From Chloroflexota bacterium (GTDB lineage: Bacteria; Chloroflexota; UBA6077; SHYK01), in the NCBI GenBank assembly GCA_009377635.1, contig WHTR01000003.1:1-62095 (forward strand): DNA of 62,095 bases. The letters run 5' to 3'. Positions within the stretch are counted from its first letter, which is position 1; every line of letters starts with the position of its first letter. Both the position numbers and the translations under genes were made by a program. The notes below the pieces were generated by a model. The model ran no database searches. It worked only from the letters and a program-made list of their open reading frames with translations, and was not told the DNA's origin. Shown in pieces: positions 48,164-57,302 of the stretch.

Positions 48164-49156
48164 ATGGCGACGATCCACGTTGGGGTCAACGAGGGCACGG
48201 GCAAGATTTACTCGAACGTGACGCTCACCACATACGGGCGCGGCCACTTCAAGGACCAGGGGCTCGACGTGGAGCTGCATGAGACCGGCGGACGCCGCAA
48301 CACGATCCCTATGCTCGCGAGCGGCGAGCTGGACGTCTCCGCGCAAGGCCCGCACTACGAGTTCTATGCGAGCTGCGAGCCCGAGCGGCCGTACGTCATG
48401 GTGGCGGACCATGGCACCGCGCGCGCCGGCCGTGGCGGTCCGGGCGGCATCGTCGCGCGCCCGGAGCTCATCAAGAGCGGCCGCCTCAAGGAATGGGCCG
48501 ACCTGAAGGGCCTCCGCGTGGCACTGAGCCCACGCCGCTACGACCACGACTGGGTGACTGTCTCGTCGGCCCTCGCCCGTGGCGGCCTCACCACAGACGA
48601 CATCGAGGTGGTCACGACGGACTTTGGCGGCGGCCGCCACGAAGCGCTCGTCGAAGGCTCCATCGACCTCACGACCGTCGACCGGCCCGCAAGCATCGCG
48701 GAGGCTGAGCGAACGGGAGCGTTTATTGTCTGGAAGCGCGAATGGGAGGTTCGCCCTGGTCGCCAGCAGCGGGCGGTGATGTTCAGTCACCGCTTCCGGA
48801 CCAATCGGCGCGACGAGGCCCAGCGCTACGTGATCGCGTACCTGACCGGGCTGCGCGAGTACTTCGACGCGTTCGAGCACGGCATCAACCGCGACGCGAT
48901 CATCGACGTACTTGCGGAGCAGTGCGGCGATCCACGGGAGGTCGTGGAGGCGACACCGCCGGCCGGCCTCGATCCCGATGGGCGTCTGAACCTCGATGAC
49001 ATCGGCGACGAGTTGCGATGGTATCAGGACCGGCGGTTCCTCCCGACCACCATCTCACTTGACGCCTTTGTCGACAACAGCTTCCTGGATTCCGCCCTTG
49101 ACCAGCTCGGGACGTATCATCCCCCAGCGGAGGCTATGCGAGGAGGAGGCACGTGA
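48164..49156 (+). CDS. NMT1/THI5/SsuA-fold protein without signal peptide (paralog of 35235-36185)
   Basis: HFKDQGLDVEL, LASGELDV, DLKGLRVA, shared DHDW motif and REYFDAFEHGINRD. Confidence 0.8.
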   Translation: MATIHVGVNEGTGKIYSNVTLTTYGRGHFKDQGLDVELHETGGRRNTIPMLASGELDVSAQGPHYEFYASCEPERPYVMVADHGTARAGRGGPGGIVARPELIKSGRLKEWADLKGLRVALSPRRYDHDWVTVSSALARGGLTTDDIEVVTTDFGGGRHEALVEGSIDLTTVDRPASIAEAERTGAFIVWKREWEVRPGRQQRAVMFSHRFRTNRRDEAQRYVIAYLTGLREYFDAFEHGINRDAIIDVLAEQCGDPREVVEATPPAGLDPDGRLNLDDIGDELRWYQDRRFLPTTISLDAFVDNSFLDSALDQLGTYHPPAEAMRGGGT

Positions 49157-49324
49157 TGACGGTACCACCACATTGCACCGTGATCACGCCGCCACTGCCA
49201 AGGTTGGTAGCGGCGCATGGTTGGGCGGCCTCCCACAGCACTTGGGTGCCACCCAGGCCGGCGGGGTGCGGGGACGCATTCGTGACGCGTCTCCATCGGG
49301 GTTGGGCGGCATAGCCAAGGCGGG

Positions 49325-49897
49325 TTACGTGCTGTAGGTCAGACGGGCCATGCCCGACTCCAACGACTTCACCCCAAGAAGCTTCAACACGTGCCGCTCC
49401 TTCACGTCCTGGAACAGCGCTTTTCCTTCGCCCAGGACAATGGGCTGCACGACCAGCCGGAGCTCGTCGATCAGACCGACGTTCATCAGGCTGGAAACCA
49501 GCATGGCACCGCCGACTGCATGCATGTCCTTGCCAGGTTGCTGCTTGATCTTGCGGATTTCTTCGACATCCCGAACGATCCGTGTGTTGCTCCAGGCGAC
49601 CTCGTCCAACGTCTTGGACAGGACGATATGGGCCGTTTTGTCGGCGAAGCGCGCGTAGTCGATCTCGCCCTTCGAAGCGACCTTTCCCGTGAACGGCAAC
49701 ACGCCCTTGGGATTGGCCAAGATGGCTCGCCAGTATTGCTCGTAGCCCGGATACATCCCGCGGCCCAGAATACACGTGTCGATCTGGGGGATAAGATCAA
49801 AGGGATCTTCCCATGTTTCTATCCAATCCAGTTCTCCGTTTGGGCCCTCAATGAAACCGTCCAGCGACACCTGTAGAGCAGCGATGATCTTTCTCAT
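49325..49897 (-). CDS. Dihydrofolate reductase/RibD C-terminal domain protein
   Basis: IIAALQVSLDGFIEGPNGELDW, LGRGMY, VGGAMLV, LIDELRLVVQPIVLGEG. Confidence 0.9.
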   Translation of the reverse strand: MRKIIAALQVSLDGFIEGPNGELDWIETWEDPFDLIPQIDTCILGRGMYPGYEQYWRAILANPKGVLPFTGKVASKGEIDYARFADKTAHIVLSKTLDEVAWSNTRIVRDVEEIRKIKQQPGKDMHAVGGAMLVSSLMNVGLIDELRLVVQPIVLGEGKALFQDVKERHVLKLLGVKSLESGMARLTYST

Positions 49898-50060
49898 GTC
49901 GGATTCCTTTCCAAGTGTGATTGAAGGACCAGGCGACCCGGTCGACCGTGACTGGCTCGTCTCTGGCCCTGCCCGTAGTCAAACGAAACTCCGCGAAATC
50001 AACAGCGGGAGACGCGGTGGCGGGCGCCCTGGGGGATACTGCCCCATCAGTGACCTCCTA

Positions 50061-50765
50061 TCATTGGCGCCCGATTCGAGGTTGCGTTGGCCGCAGCGTC
50101 TCCTGGGGTGCGACTGCCCGCGCCTCATCGACATTGGCCTCCACAGGATGCGCAGGTTCCTCGTCCGGTCGTGTGCGCCATCGGTGGCGCGCCTCCCATG
50201 AATCGAGCAGATGGAGGCCAACTATGCAGGCGGGCCCGACCGAGGGCGCGAAACGTTTTCCGCGCGCGCGGGCGATCAGCTCCGGCCAGACCCCGATCTC
50301 GCAGCCGGGTGTCCCCAGCGCGATCGCGAGCAGGACGGCCACCATGGTCTCGCTCAGCATGAGCACGTCGAACGCCCACACCAGGTCCGCGAGCGGGAAT
50401 CCCCAGACCGCGCCGAAGAAGGCCCAACCCATGAGCGCCGCGACCGCCAGGGCGATTCCCAGACCGATGACCGCACCGAACTGCCAGCGCCGCGCGGCTG
50501 CCCGGCCCCACTGCGCCGCAGCGAGCTGTCCGACAAGGTAGACGAAGGCGACGAGCATCACCGCGTCGAGGAACCAGACGCTTGGCTCGGTGAGGACCGA
50601 CGGGTTACGGAACCCCACCACACCGCCCTGGTCGACGATAGATGCGAGGGACAGGGCGGCCACGGTGGCCAACGCGAGGCGCGCCAGGCGCCCCAGGGGC
50701 CCGGTGCGATCGGTCGCCCGGAGCGGCGCGGGTGTGGGTGTGACGCGCATGGCGCCCCCGCTCAC
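50061..50765 (-). CDS. Hypothetical membrane protein with a C-terminal GTPGCE...C motif
   Basis: Several hydrophobic segments; GTGA overlap with the ABC permease stop. Confidence 0.7.
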   Translation of the reverse strand: MSGGAMRVTPTPAPLRATDRTGPLGRLARLALATVAALSLASIVDQGGVVGFRNPSVLTEPSVWFLDAVMLVAFVYLVGQLAAAQWGRAAARRWQFGAVIGLGIALAVAALMGWAFFGAVWGFPLADLVWAFDVLMLSETMVAVLLAIALGTPGCEIGVWPELIARARGKRFAPSVGPACIVGLHLLDSWEARHRWRTRPDEEPAHPVEANVDEARAVAPQETLRPTQPRIGRQ

Positions 50766-51556
50766 GCTTGCCGCCCGAACGACCGGACCGCGGCGGCGAC
50801 GAGGACCAAACCGAGTGCCCCAATCAACGCGACCTCCTCAACGAGGGTCATCGTGTGCCCCAGTACGGTCACGCCCAGCCCGGCCGCGGCCGGTCCTGAG
50901 CCGAGGAACACCTGCCGCACGGCATCCACGCCGTAGGTCACCGGGTTGAGCTTGGACAGGATCTCCATCCACAGCGGTACCCGGTCGACCGGGAAGAAGA
51001 CCCCGGCCAGGAAGATCATCGGGAAGACCAGCATCTGCATCAGTAGCTGGAAGCCCTGCTGTGAGGGCGCGAACGACGCGATCAGGATCCCGAGCCCCGA
51101 GAGGGCAACCGACAGGAGCACCACGACCGGCAGCAGGCGGACCACGAGCTCGACGTCGAGCGGTACGCCGACGATTGGCGCAAGGCCGAGCAGGGCCAGC
51201 ACCTGCAGCAGCGCCACTACCGCGGCCCCTACCACCTTGCCGAGCACGATCCCAGCGCGGCTGATCGGCGCGACGAGGATCTCACGGAGGAAGCCGGTCT
51301 CGCGGTCGGTCACGACCGAGACGCCGCCGAACAGCGAGGTGGTCAACACCATCTGGGCGATGATGCCGGGGTACATGAACTGCAGGAGGCCGACGCCCCC
51401 CGCCATGCGGCCGATGACCTCGCTGAATCCTCCCCCGAAAATGGCCAGGAACAGGAGCGGGAACGCCAGGCTGGCCAGCAGGCGGAAGCGGTCTCCGATG
51501 AAGGTCAGCAGGTCCCGGTAGGCGACCACCCAGAGGCCCCGGAACGTTTCTGTCAT
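50762..51556 (-). CDS. ABC-2 type exporter permease (DrrB-like)
   Basis: FMYPGIIAQ, DRETGFLREILVAP, FLAGVFFP, LNPVTYGVDA. Confidence 0.92.
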   Translation of the reverse strand: MTETFRGLWVVAYRDLLTFIGDRFRLLASLAFPLLFLAIFGGGFSEVIGRMAGGVGLLQFMYPGIIAQMVLTTSLFGGVSVVTDRETGFLREILVAPISRAGIVLGKVVGAAVVALLQVLALLGLAPIVGVPLDVELVVRLLPVVVLLSVALSGLGILIASFAPSQQGFQLLMQMLVFPMIFLAGVFFPVDRVPLWMEILSKLNPVTYGVDAVRQVFLGSGPAAAGLGVTVLGHTMTLVEEVALIGALGLVLVAAAVRSFGRQA

Positions 51557-52569
51557 GCTGCTGCTCTCCGATCGGCTGCCATGACGCCGGGCGGGTCGTC
51601 GCGGATCTCGCGCCCGGTCAGCTGCACGAACACGTCGTCCAGGGTCGGCCGGCGCAGGCTGATCGCCTCCAACGGCTGGGAGAAGCTGCGGACGAAGTCG
51701 GGCAGAAAGGTCTCACCCGCGGGGACCTGAAAGCTGATCGTGCCGTCACTGACGACGGGCGCCACGCCGTAGCGCTGACGTATCTCGTCGACGGCGGCGA
51801 GGCCGTCTGCAGTGCTGACCGTGATCAGGTCGCCGCCCACCCCGCGCTTCAGGCCGTCCGGGGTGTCGAGCGCCACGATCCGACCGTGGTCGATGATCGC
51901 AATCCGGTCGCACTGGTCGGCCTCATCCAGGTAATGGGTCGTGAGAAAGATGGTCAGGGGCTCCCGCCCGCGCAGCTCCGCCAAGTACTCCCAGACGCGG
52001 CGGCGCGTCTGCGGGTCGAGACCCAGGGTCGGCTCGTCCAGGAACAGGACGCGCGGGTGGTGCAGCAACCCCCGCGCGATCTCCAGGCGGCGCTTCATCC
52101 CGCCCGAGAAGGTGCGCACGCTCCCCTTGCGTCGATCCCGGAGCTCGACCAGGGTGAGCAGCTCGTCGATACGCCGCTCGCGGGTGGCGGACGGCACGCC
52201 GTAGGCATGGGCGTGGAGGCGTAGGTTCTGCTCTGCGCTCAGCGTCTCGTCGAGCGTCGACTGCTGGAAGACGAGACCGATCGATCGGCGCACCTGGCTC
52301 GGCTGGCGCACGACATCGAAGCCGTTGATCGTGGCCACCCCGCTCGTCGGGCGCAGCAGCGTGCAGAGGATGTTGATGGTCGTCGTCTTGCCGGCGCCGT
52401 TGGGCCCCAGGAAGCCGAAGATCTCCCCCGGGGCGACCCGGAAGGTCACCCCTCGGACGGCCTCCAGCGACCCGAAGCGGCGGGTGAGCTCGTCGACCTG
52501 AACCATGGCGTCGATCCGCGCCGCTCCTCCTGCGTCCTCTCCCCACCCCATGGCGACACCCCCTGTCAT
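51553..52569 (-). CDS. ABC exporter ATP-binding protein (DrrA-like)
   Basis: GPNGAGKT, FSGGMKRR, LFLDEPT, LTTH. Confidence 0.95.
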   Translation of the reverse strand: MTGGVAMGWGEDAGGAARIDAMVQVDELTRRFGSLEAVRGVTFRVAPGEIFGFLGPNGAGKTTTINILCTLLRPTSGVATINGFDVVRQPSQVRRSIGLVFQQSTLDETLSAEQNLRLHAHAYGVPSATRERRIDELLTLVELRDRRKGSVRTFSGGMKRRLEIARGLLHHPRVLFLDEPTLGLDPQTRRRVWEYLAELRGREPLTIFLTTHYLDEADQCDRIAIIDHGRIVALDTPDGLKRGVGGDLITVSTADGLAAVDEIRQRYGVAPVVSDGTISFQVPAGETFLPDFVRSFSQPLEAISLRRPTLDDVFVQLTGREIRDDPPGVMAADRRAAA

Positions 52570-52583
52570 ATATCTACGCTACT

Positions 52584-52620
52584 GTGTATCTAATATAGTA
52601 TACAATGCCGGGCATGTCAA
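52584..52620 (-). promoter_or_regulatory. sigma70-type promoter of the ABC operon with a putative operator
   Basis: TTGACA-N17-TATATT on the minus strand, overlapping TATACTAT-N3-AGATACAC. Confidence 0.6.
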
Positions 52621-52870
52621 GCGACGACATGGAGCTGGCCGAGGCGGTGACGGGGGGCTTGGTGTCGGACGGACCGCGGCAGCTCAGCAACGCCGCGGCG
52701 ACGCGCGCCTTCGTGTGGGCCGGCATCCGGGCCACGAGCCTGGACGACGTCGCGCGCGAATGCGCGCCCGCGCAGTCACGAACATCGGTTAGCGGCGCCC
52801 CCCGCGCCTGGGTCGCTGCATGGTCACCTGCTCGTCCTCCGCCGTGTCTCGGCCTCCGGTCGTGGGATAC

Positions 52871-52910
52871 TTGACATGTCACCGCGGCGCATATACTATG
52901 CGAGATACAC
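52871..52910 (+). promoter_or_regulatory. Divergent sigma70-type promoter with the same putative operator
   Basis: TTGACA-N17-TACTAT; TATACTAT-N3-AGATACAC at 52892-52910. Confidence 0.65.
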
Positions 52911-52965
52911 CTTATAATATACTAACGTTGGTCGTTCAAGCTGACCAGGATGCGAGGAGCTACGC

Positions 52966-53355
52966 ATGCCGAAGACGGGCCACACGCAAAAGGTAATCCC
53001 AGCGGTTCGCATCACCGATTACGAAAGAAGCAAGGCCTTCTATGTCGATGGCCTTGGCTTCACCGTGGAGGGGGAGCACCGTTTCGCGCCACATCTGCCG
53101 GTGTTCGCCACCCTCAGCCGCGATGGCATGTCGTTGTATCTCACCCAGCACGCGGGCGACTGTCAGGTTGGGGCCCTCGTGTTCCTCTTCGTCGACGATG
53201 TGGACGCGTTCTATGAAGAGATCACCGAACGAGGAATCAAAGCGCAGTCCCCTCCCGAGGATTTTGAGGGGCGCCTCAGAGATTTTCGTGTGATCGATCC
53301 AGATGGAAACAAACTCGATATAGCCACCCGCCTGAACGAGCGAGAGACGACGTGA
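52966..53355 (+). CDS. Glyoxalase/bleomycin-resistance family VOC protein (unlike the triad VOCs)
   Basis: VIPAVRITDYERSKAFYVDGLGF, FRVIDPDGNKLDI. Confidence 0.88.
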   Translation: MPKTGHTQKVIPAVRITDYERSKAFYVDGLGFTVEGEHRFAPHLPVFATLSRDGMSLYLTQHAGDCQVGALVFLFVDDVDAFYEEITERGIKAQSPPEDFEGRLRDFRVIDPDGNKLDIATRLNERETT

Positions 53356-53397
53356 ACGACCGAGCGGGTCTGATCCGACGGCTGGCGCGGCCACGGA

Positions 53398-53575
53398 TTC
53401 ATGCTGGCAGTTTTCGTGCATCTCGTCGGGCGGGTCGCGTCGGCAACTGCGGCCGATTGCGTGACCCGTCGCTGCCAGCTCCGGTGCGCTCACTAGGCCG
53501 GCTACTTCTGTGTCGGTAGCGGTCTCCGTCCGTCGGGGGATCTTCGGCGCAGTCTGGGGATTCCCGCTCGACACC
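53398..53575 (+). pseudogene. Degenerate inverted paralog remnant of the 50061-50765 membrane gene
   Basis: FMLAVFVHLVGR...* then IFGAVWGFPL; 53541-53570 matches the reverse complement of 50390-50419 at 29/30 nt. Confidence 0.6.
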
Positions 53576-53624
53576 ACGATTCAGCACGCGACTGCTGGTA
53601 CGAGAATGCATGAAGAGGACCGAT

Positions 53625-54392
53625 ATGGCGAGTTACGTAGAGCTTGATGGCGTGCGCACCTGGTACGATGAGCACGGCGAGAGAGAGCCGCTCGCGCTGC
53701 TGCACCCCGGAGGCGCCGATGCGCGTGCCTGGGCGCCGAACCTCGACGCACTGGCCACGCACTTCCACGTCTTCACCCCGGAACGGCGCGGCCACGGGCG
53801 GACCCCGGATGTTGAAGGGCCGATCACTTACGAGCTGATGGCGGACGACACGATTGCATTCCAGGAGAGGGTCATAGGCGGACCGGCGCACCTGGTCGGC
53901 TGCAGCGCCGGCGCAATCGTTGCGCTGCTCGTCGCGCTGCGCCGACCCGACCTTGCCCGCCGCCTGGTCCTCATCAGCGGCGTCTTCCACCGCGACGGGT
54001 GGCTCCCCGTCGCGATCGACCCAGACGCGAGCCCGCCCGAGGTGCTTGCGCACGGCTACGCGGAGCTGTCACCCGACGGTCCCGACCACTTCGCTGTGGT
54101 GAGCGCGAAGCTGGCGCGCATGAATTGGGAGGAGCCGATGCTCGCGGCCTCCGACCTGAGTGCAGTAACGAGCCGGGTCCTCATCATGACCGGCGACGAT
54201 GACGAGGTGACCGTCGAGCATGCGATCGCGATGTACCGGGGCCTTCCCGACGCGGAGCTTGCAGTGGTCCCCGGCACGTCGCACGATCTCCTTCACGAGA
54301 AGCCGGCGCTGTGCAACGCGATCCTTGTTGATTTCCTCACGACTGATGCTGTGCCCACCATCGCGCCGGTCCGTCGCGCGACTGGTGCGTGA
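53625..54392 (+). CDS. Alpha/beta hydrolase
   Basis: LLHPGG, ERRGHGRT, GCSAG nucleophile elbow, GDDD, GTSH. Confidence 0.9.
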   Translation: MASYVELDGVRTWYDEHGEREPLALLHPGGADARAWAPNLDALATHFHVFTPERRGHGRTPDVEGPITYELMADDTIAFQERVIGGPAHLVGCSAGAIVALLVALRRPDLARRLVLISGVFHRDGWLPVAIDPDASPPEVLAHGYAELSPDGPDHFAVVSAKLARMNWEEPMLAASDLSAVTSRVLIMTGDDDEVTVEHAIAMYRGLPDAELAVVPGTSHDLLHEKPALCNAILVDFLTTDAVPTIAPVRRATGA

Positions 54393-54538
54393 GGAGCCGC
54401 GGCGTATCGTACGAGGAGTTCGGCTGGGCGCTCGGCACCGCGGCCTTGGGGAAGGTGACGTTGTACTCCCGTCCTCCTCCGCGACCAGCTCCTCAGTCAG
54501 GCGCGTGTCAACATACTGGACCTCGCCCTCACCGCGCG

Positions 54539-54772
54539 CTAGGCGCCTACGATCGCGTTGCGCAGGGTGCGAAAGAACCACGGAATGAGACGGTCTTCAT
54601 CACGGAGTTGTTGCGCGCCTTCGATGGCTTTGAGAAGACTGCCCTGAAGCACATCCTCGGCGAATTCAGGGTCGGACATGCGCCGTCCAACGAAGGCGAC
54701 GAAGTGCTCACGGCTCTGTGAGAGCTGAGCTATGAGCTGACTCTGCTGATCCATGGCTTGCCGCCGATCCAT
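54539..54772 (-). pseudogene. ECF sigma-70 factor region-2 stub
   Basis: FVAFVGRRMSDPEFAEDVLQ...WFFRTLRNAIV*; no region 4. Confidence 0.6.
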
Positions 54773-55075
54773 ACTTCAGCTTTTTGCCCGGGAGCTGGGA
54801 GGGCATCGGGAACGACATCAGCGAATTTCGCAAGCAACAGGAACCAGCTCGATCATCGTACGTGGCCTCAACCCGACCTCCGCATGTGGGAAGGCATTTT
54901 CGTGTCCGCGACACCCGGCTCGGCCGCCCTTGGGCTCACCGCGGTCATGGGCACTGGGCTCGGCAACCAGTTCATGTACACGCCGCCACCGTCACCAGAT
55001 TGCATAGAAGCAGGGGCGGAGATCAAGCACAAGCATGCCGAGACGAGACGTTGATCCGCCCGCGTGGTGGAACCC

Positions 55076-55189
55076 TGTAGCAACGGATGTAGCAACCCAA
55101 GCGCACTGACCCGTCTGGCGGCGGCCTAAAGCGGACCGAAGAGACTTTTCATCCAACTGTTCGCGGTTCGAATCCCCGGGGAGCAGCCA
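55076..55189 (+). other. Degenerate tRNA 3'-half (att-like) preceded by a 9-bp direct repeat
   Basis: GACTTTTCATCC...CGCGGTTCGAATCCCCG-GGGAGCA-G-CCA; no complementary 5' acceptor strand; TGTAGCAAC at 55076 and 55088. Confidence 0.5.
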
Positions 55190-55297
55190 ATTTCCCTTTT
55201 CGTTGCCGTCGACGAGCAGGTCGAACGGCTTAACCTAAGCAACTGAAAGACTTCCGCTGTCGAATGTGCAGTTCGATACCAGCATTTTGAGCAGCCG

Positions 55298-55879
55298 TCA
55301 ACGGTAGCCGCGCGCCAGCAAGAACTTGGCACCGGTCTCGAAAGCTTTCGGACCAGACACGACCCATCCGAAGGTACGGGATAAGCGATCAACTGTGTTG
55401 AAGGCGAAGCAGACCGCGAGCGCGTCCTCGATCTGCTCGCGCGAGACGCCGGCAGCCAGCACCGCGCGCACGTCGTCCGCGTCCACGGCATGCTCCCGGG
55501 TCAGCTTGCGCAGCATATGCGAGGTCGCCCGTAGCGGCTCGTCGACGGCTGCGGTCTCGAGATCGGAAAGGGCCGCGGAGACCTTGGCTTCGTCCTGATA
55601 CGCCATCGCTGCGACCGAGGCGTGCGTCTTCGTGCACACCTCGCAATTGTTCGTCTTCGACACAAAGGCACCCATCAACTCGCGGTCGCCGACGGACCAT
55701 GCAGATGGCCCACGCATCGCCTCCTGCGTGAGCTCTCTCATCGGCATGCCGTAGAAATCGGGGCGGTAGCGGTTCACCTTGATGGCATCGGGGACGGGAA
55801 GGCGCGAGACCGCGCGAATGACAGCGAACAAGACCTTCGTCCGCAAGCCGTGACCGCTATCGAGAATCGTGAGACGCAT
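55298..55879 (-). CDS. AhpD/carboxymuconolactone decarboxylase-like protein with CxxC
   Basis: AMRGPSAWSVGDRELMGAFVS..NNCEVCTKTH. Confidence 0.85.
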   Translation of the reverse strand: MRLTILDSGHGLRTKVLFAVIRAVSRLPVPDAIKVNRYRPDFYGMPMRELTQEAMRGPSAWSVGDRELMGAFVSKTNNCEVCTKTHASVAAMAYQDEAKVSAALSDLETAAVDEPLRATSHMLRKLTREHAVDADDVRAVLAAGVSREQIEDALAVCFAFNTVDRLSRTFGWVVSGPKAFETGAKFLLARGYR

Positions 55880-55881
55880 GA

Positions 55882-56196
55882 TCACTCCTTGTCCTGCTCG
55901 GTCACAGCCTTGAGGGCAGTGAGCGCCGTGTGGTACTGCCGACTGGCCTGCCCGATCGCGGCGCACACCACGATCTCGAAGATCTGATCCTCGGTGAGGC
56001 CTGATGCCCTGGCGGCGACGATGTCCTCATCGGTGACCGTGTAGGCGCGCTTGGCGACTTTGTCGATCAGCGTGCTCAGTGGTGGGGTGAGACCTGCATT
56101 GCCGAACGCGGCACGCCGCTGGGCATGCTCCGCCCTGCCGTCACCCTCAAGAATCCGCGCGACCACCGCGGTGCGCGCCCGCGTGATGTCCGACAT
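55882..56196 (-). CDS. Small AhpD-like helical protein
   Basis: LIDKVAKRAYTVTDEDIVAARASGLTEDQIFEIVVCAA. Confidence 0.7.
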   Translation of the reverse strand: MSDITRARTAVVARILEGDGRAEHAQRRAAFGNAGLTPPLSTLIDKVAKRAYTVTDEDIVAARASGLTEDQIFEIVVCAAIGQASRQYHTALTALKAVTEQDKE

Positions 56197-56206
56197 GCCC
56201 GGTCCC

Positions 56207-56713
56207 TTACCCTTCCGACGCACGAGCAGCGAACGCACCGAGCATCCGCCCCCAACCCTGTTCCGAGTCGAAGATGCCGCGCATCCTGCCAGCCTTGTCG
56301 CCGTAGTAATGGAGCAGACGATGCTCCAGGTCCACACGTGTGGAGGTCCCTTCCGGAGTGAAGCGAACCTCCACCTCTGTCTGGATCGATGGATCGTATT
56401 GGAAGTCGACGGAGATCTCCCAGGAGAGCACGAGGCGCCGCGGCGGATCCCAAGTCCGGACTCGACCCCAATCGCATTCACTTCCGTCGACGCCGCGCTC
56501 GAACCAGCGACCACCGACGAATGGCTCAATGACTGCACTCTTCGCGTCGAGTTTGCCGATGTGGGAGGTGGAGAGCGGCCACCAGGTGCTCATTTCTTCC
56601 GTGAAGACCTCGAACGCGCGCTCTACGGATGCCGCCACGACGATCGTCTTCCGAATCGGAGCGTCGGCGTGGGAGCCACGTGTAGTGTCAAGGTGTGAAT
56701 GTGAAGGATTCAT
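56207..56713 (-). CDS. SRPBCC (START-like) domain protein
   Basis: VERAFEVFTEEMSTWWP, WDPPRRLVLSW, TEVEVRF, GWGRML. Confidence 0.9.
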   Translation of the reverse strand: MNPSHSHLDTTRGSHADAPIRKTIVVAASVERAFEVFTEEMSTWWPLSTSHIGKLDAKSAVIEPFVGGRWFERGVDGSECDWGRVRTWDPPRRLVLSWEISVDFQYDPSIQTEVEVRFTPEGTSTRVDLEHRLLHYYGDKAGRMRGIFDSEQGWGRMLGAFAARASEG

Positions 56714-57057
56714 GGGCTCTTCGTCTCCATTCGTTTCTCTCGTCTATTTCTGCTTGGTCTTTCCGCGATGGGCTTGAAGGCGGCGAGCGCATGACCCCAG
56801 AACCGGTCGAGATTAGCGCGCAACGCTTCCAGGCCGGCCGGACTTATCGCGTATACGCGACGAGTTCCTTCCGCCCGGTCGGAGACCAGCCCTGCATCTT
56901 TGAGCACCCTCAGGTGTTGGGAGACAGCGGGACGGCTGACTGGAAGGTCGTCAGCCAACTCGCCCACGGCCTGGGGGCGGATGACAAGGCGCTCGAAGAT
57001 AGCGCGACGCGTACCGTCGCCTAAAGCCTCCCAAGGGCTAACTTCGTAAGCCATCAC
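56710..57057 (-). CDS. ArsR/SmtB family transcriptional regulator
   Basis: ALGDGTRRAI, SRPAVSQHLRVLKDAGLV. Confidence 0.92.
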   Translation of the reverse strand: MMAYEVSPWEALGDGTRRAIFERLVIRPQAVGELADDLPVSRPAVSQHLRVLKDAGLVSDRAEGTRRVYAISPAGLEALRANLDRFWGHALAAFKPIAERPSRNRREKRMETKSP

Positions 57058-57302
57058 TAACGGTAAGTTACCACTAACCCTAGTGGGACGTCAAGATATT
57101 CAGAAAATGGTGCTCCGCTTTTGGTCGCAGCGCTTTTTCTGGGCTGCGACTGCGTCAAATGGCTCTGGAGAACGGAAATTCGTGGAGCGGCATCAGCCAG
57201 GACCGATCCTCTGGCCGATCCCTGACTGGGCATGATCCATTTGGATTGAGATCCCAATTGTCAGATATCTGTATACATGTTTCGGACAAAGCCGTTGTGT
57301 TC

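Noticed and set aside
54500-54545. Stop-codon readthrough or recoding rescuing the sigma factor
   Set aside because: No downstream frame gives a recognisable region 4; truncation is simpler
55140-55189. Functional tRNA gene
   Set aside because: No 5' acceptor strand or D-arm; the anticodon arm does not pair; the T-stem has a mismatch
57158-57185. Second tRNA-like end on the minus strand (...CTCCAGAGCCA)
   Set aside because: No TTCGA T-loop and no match to the 55140-55189 segment
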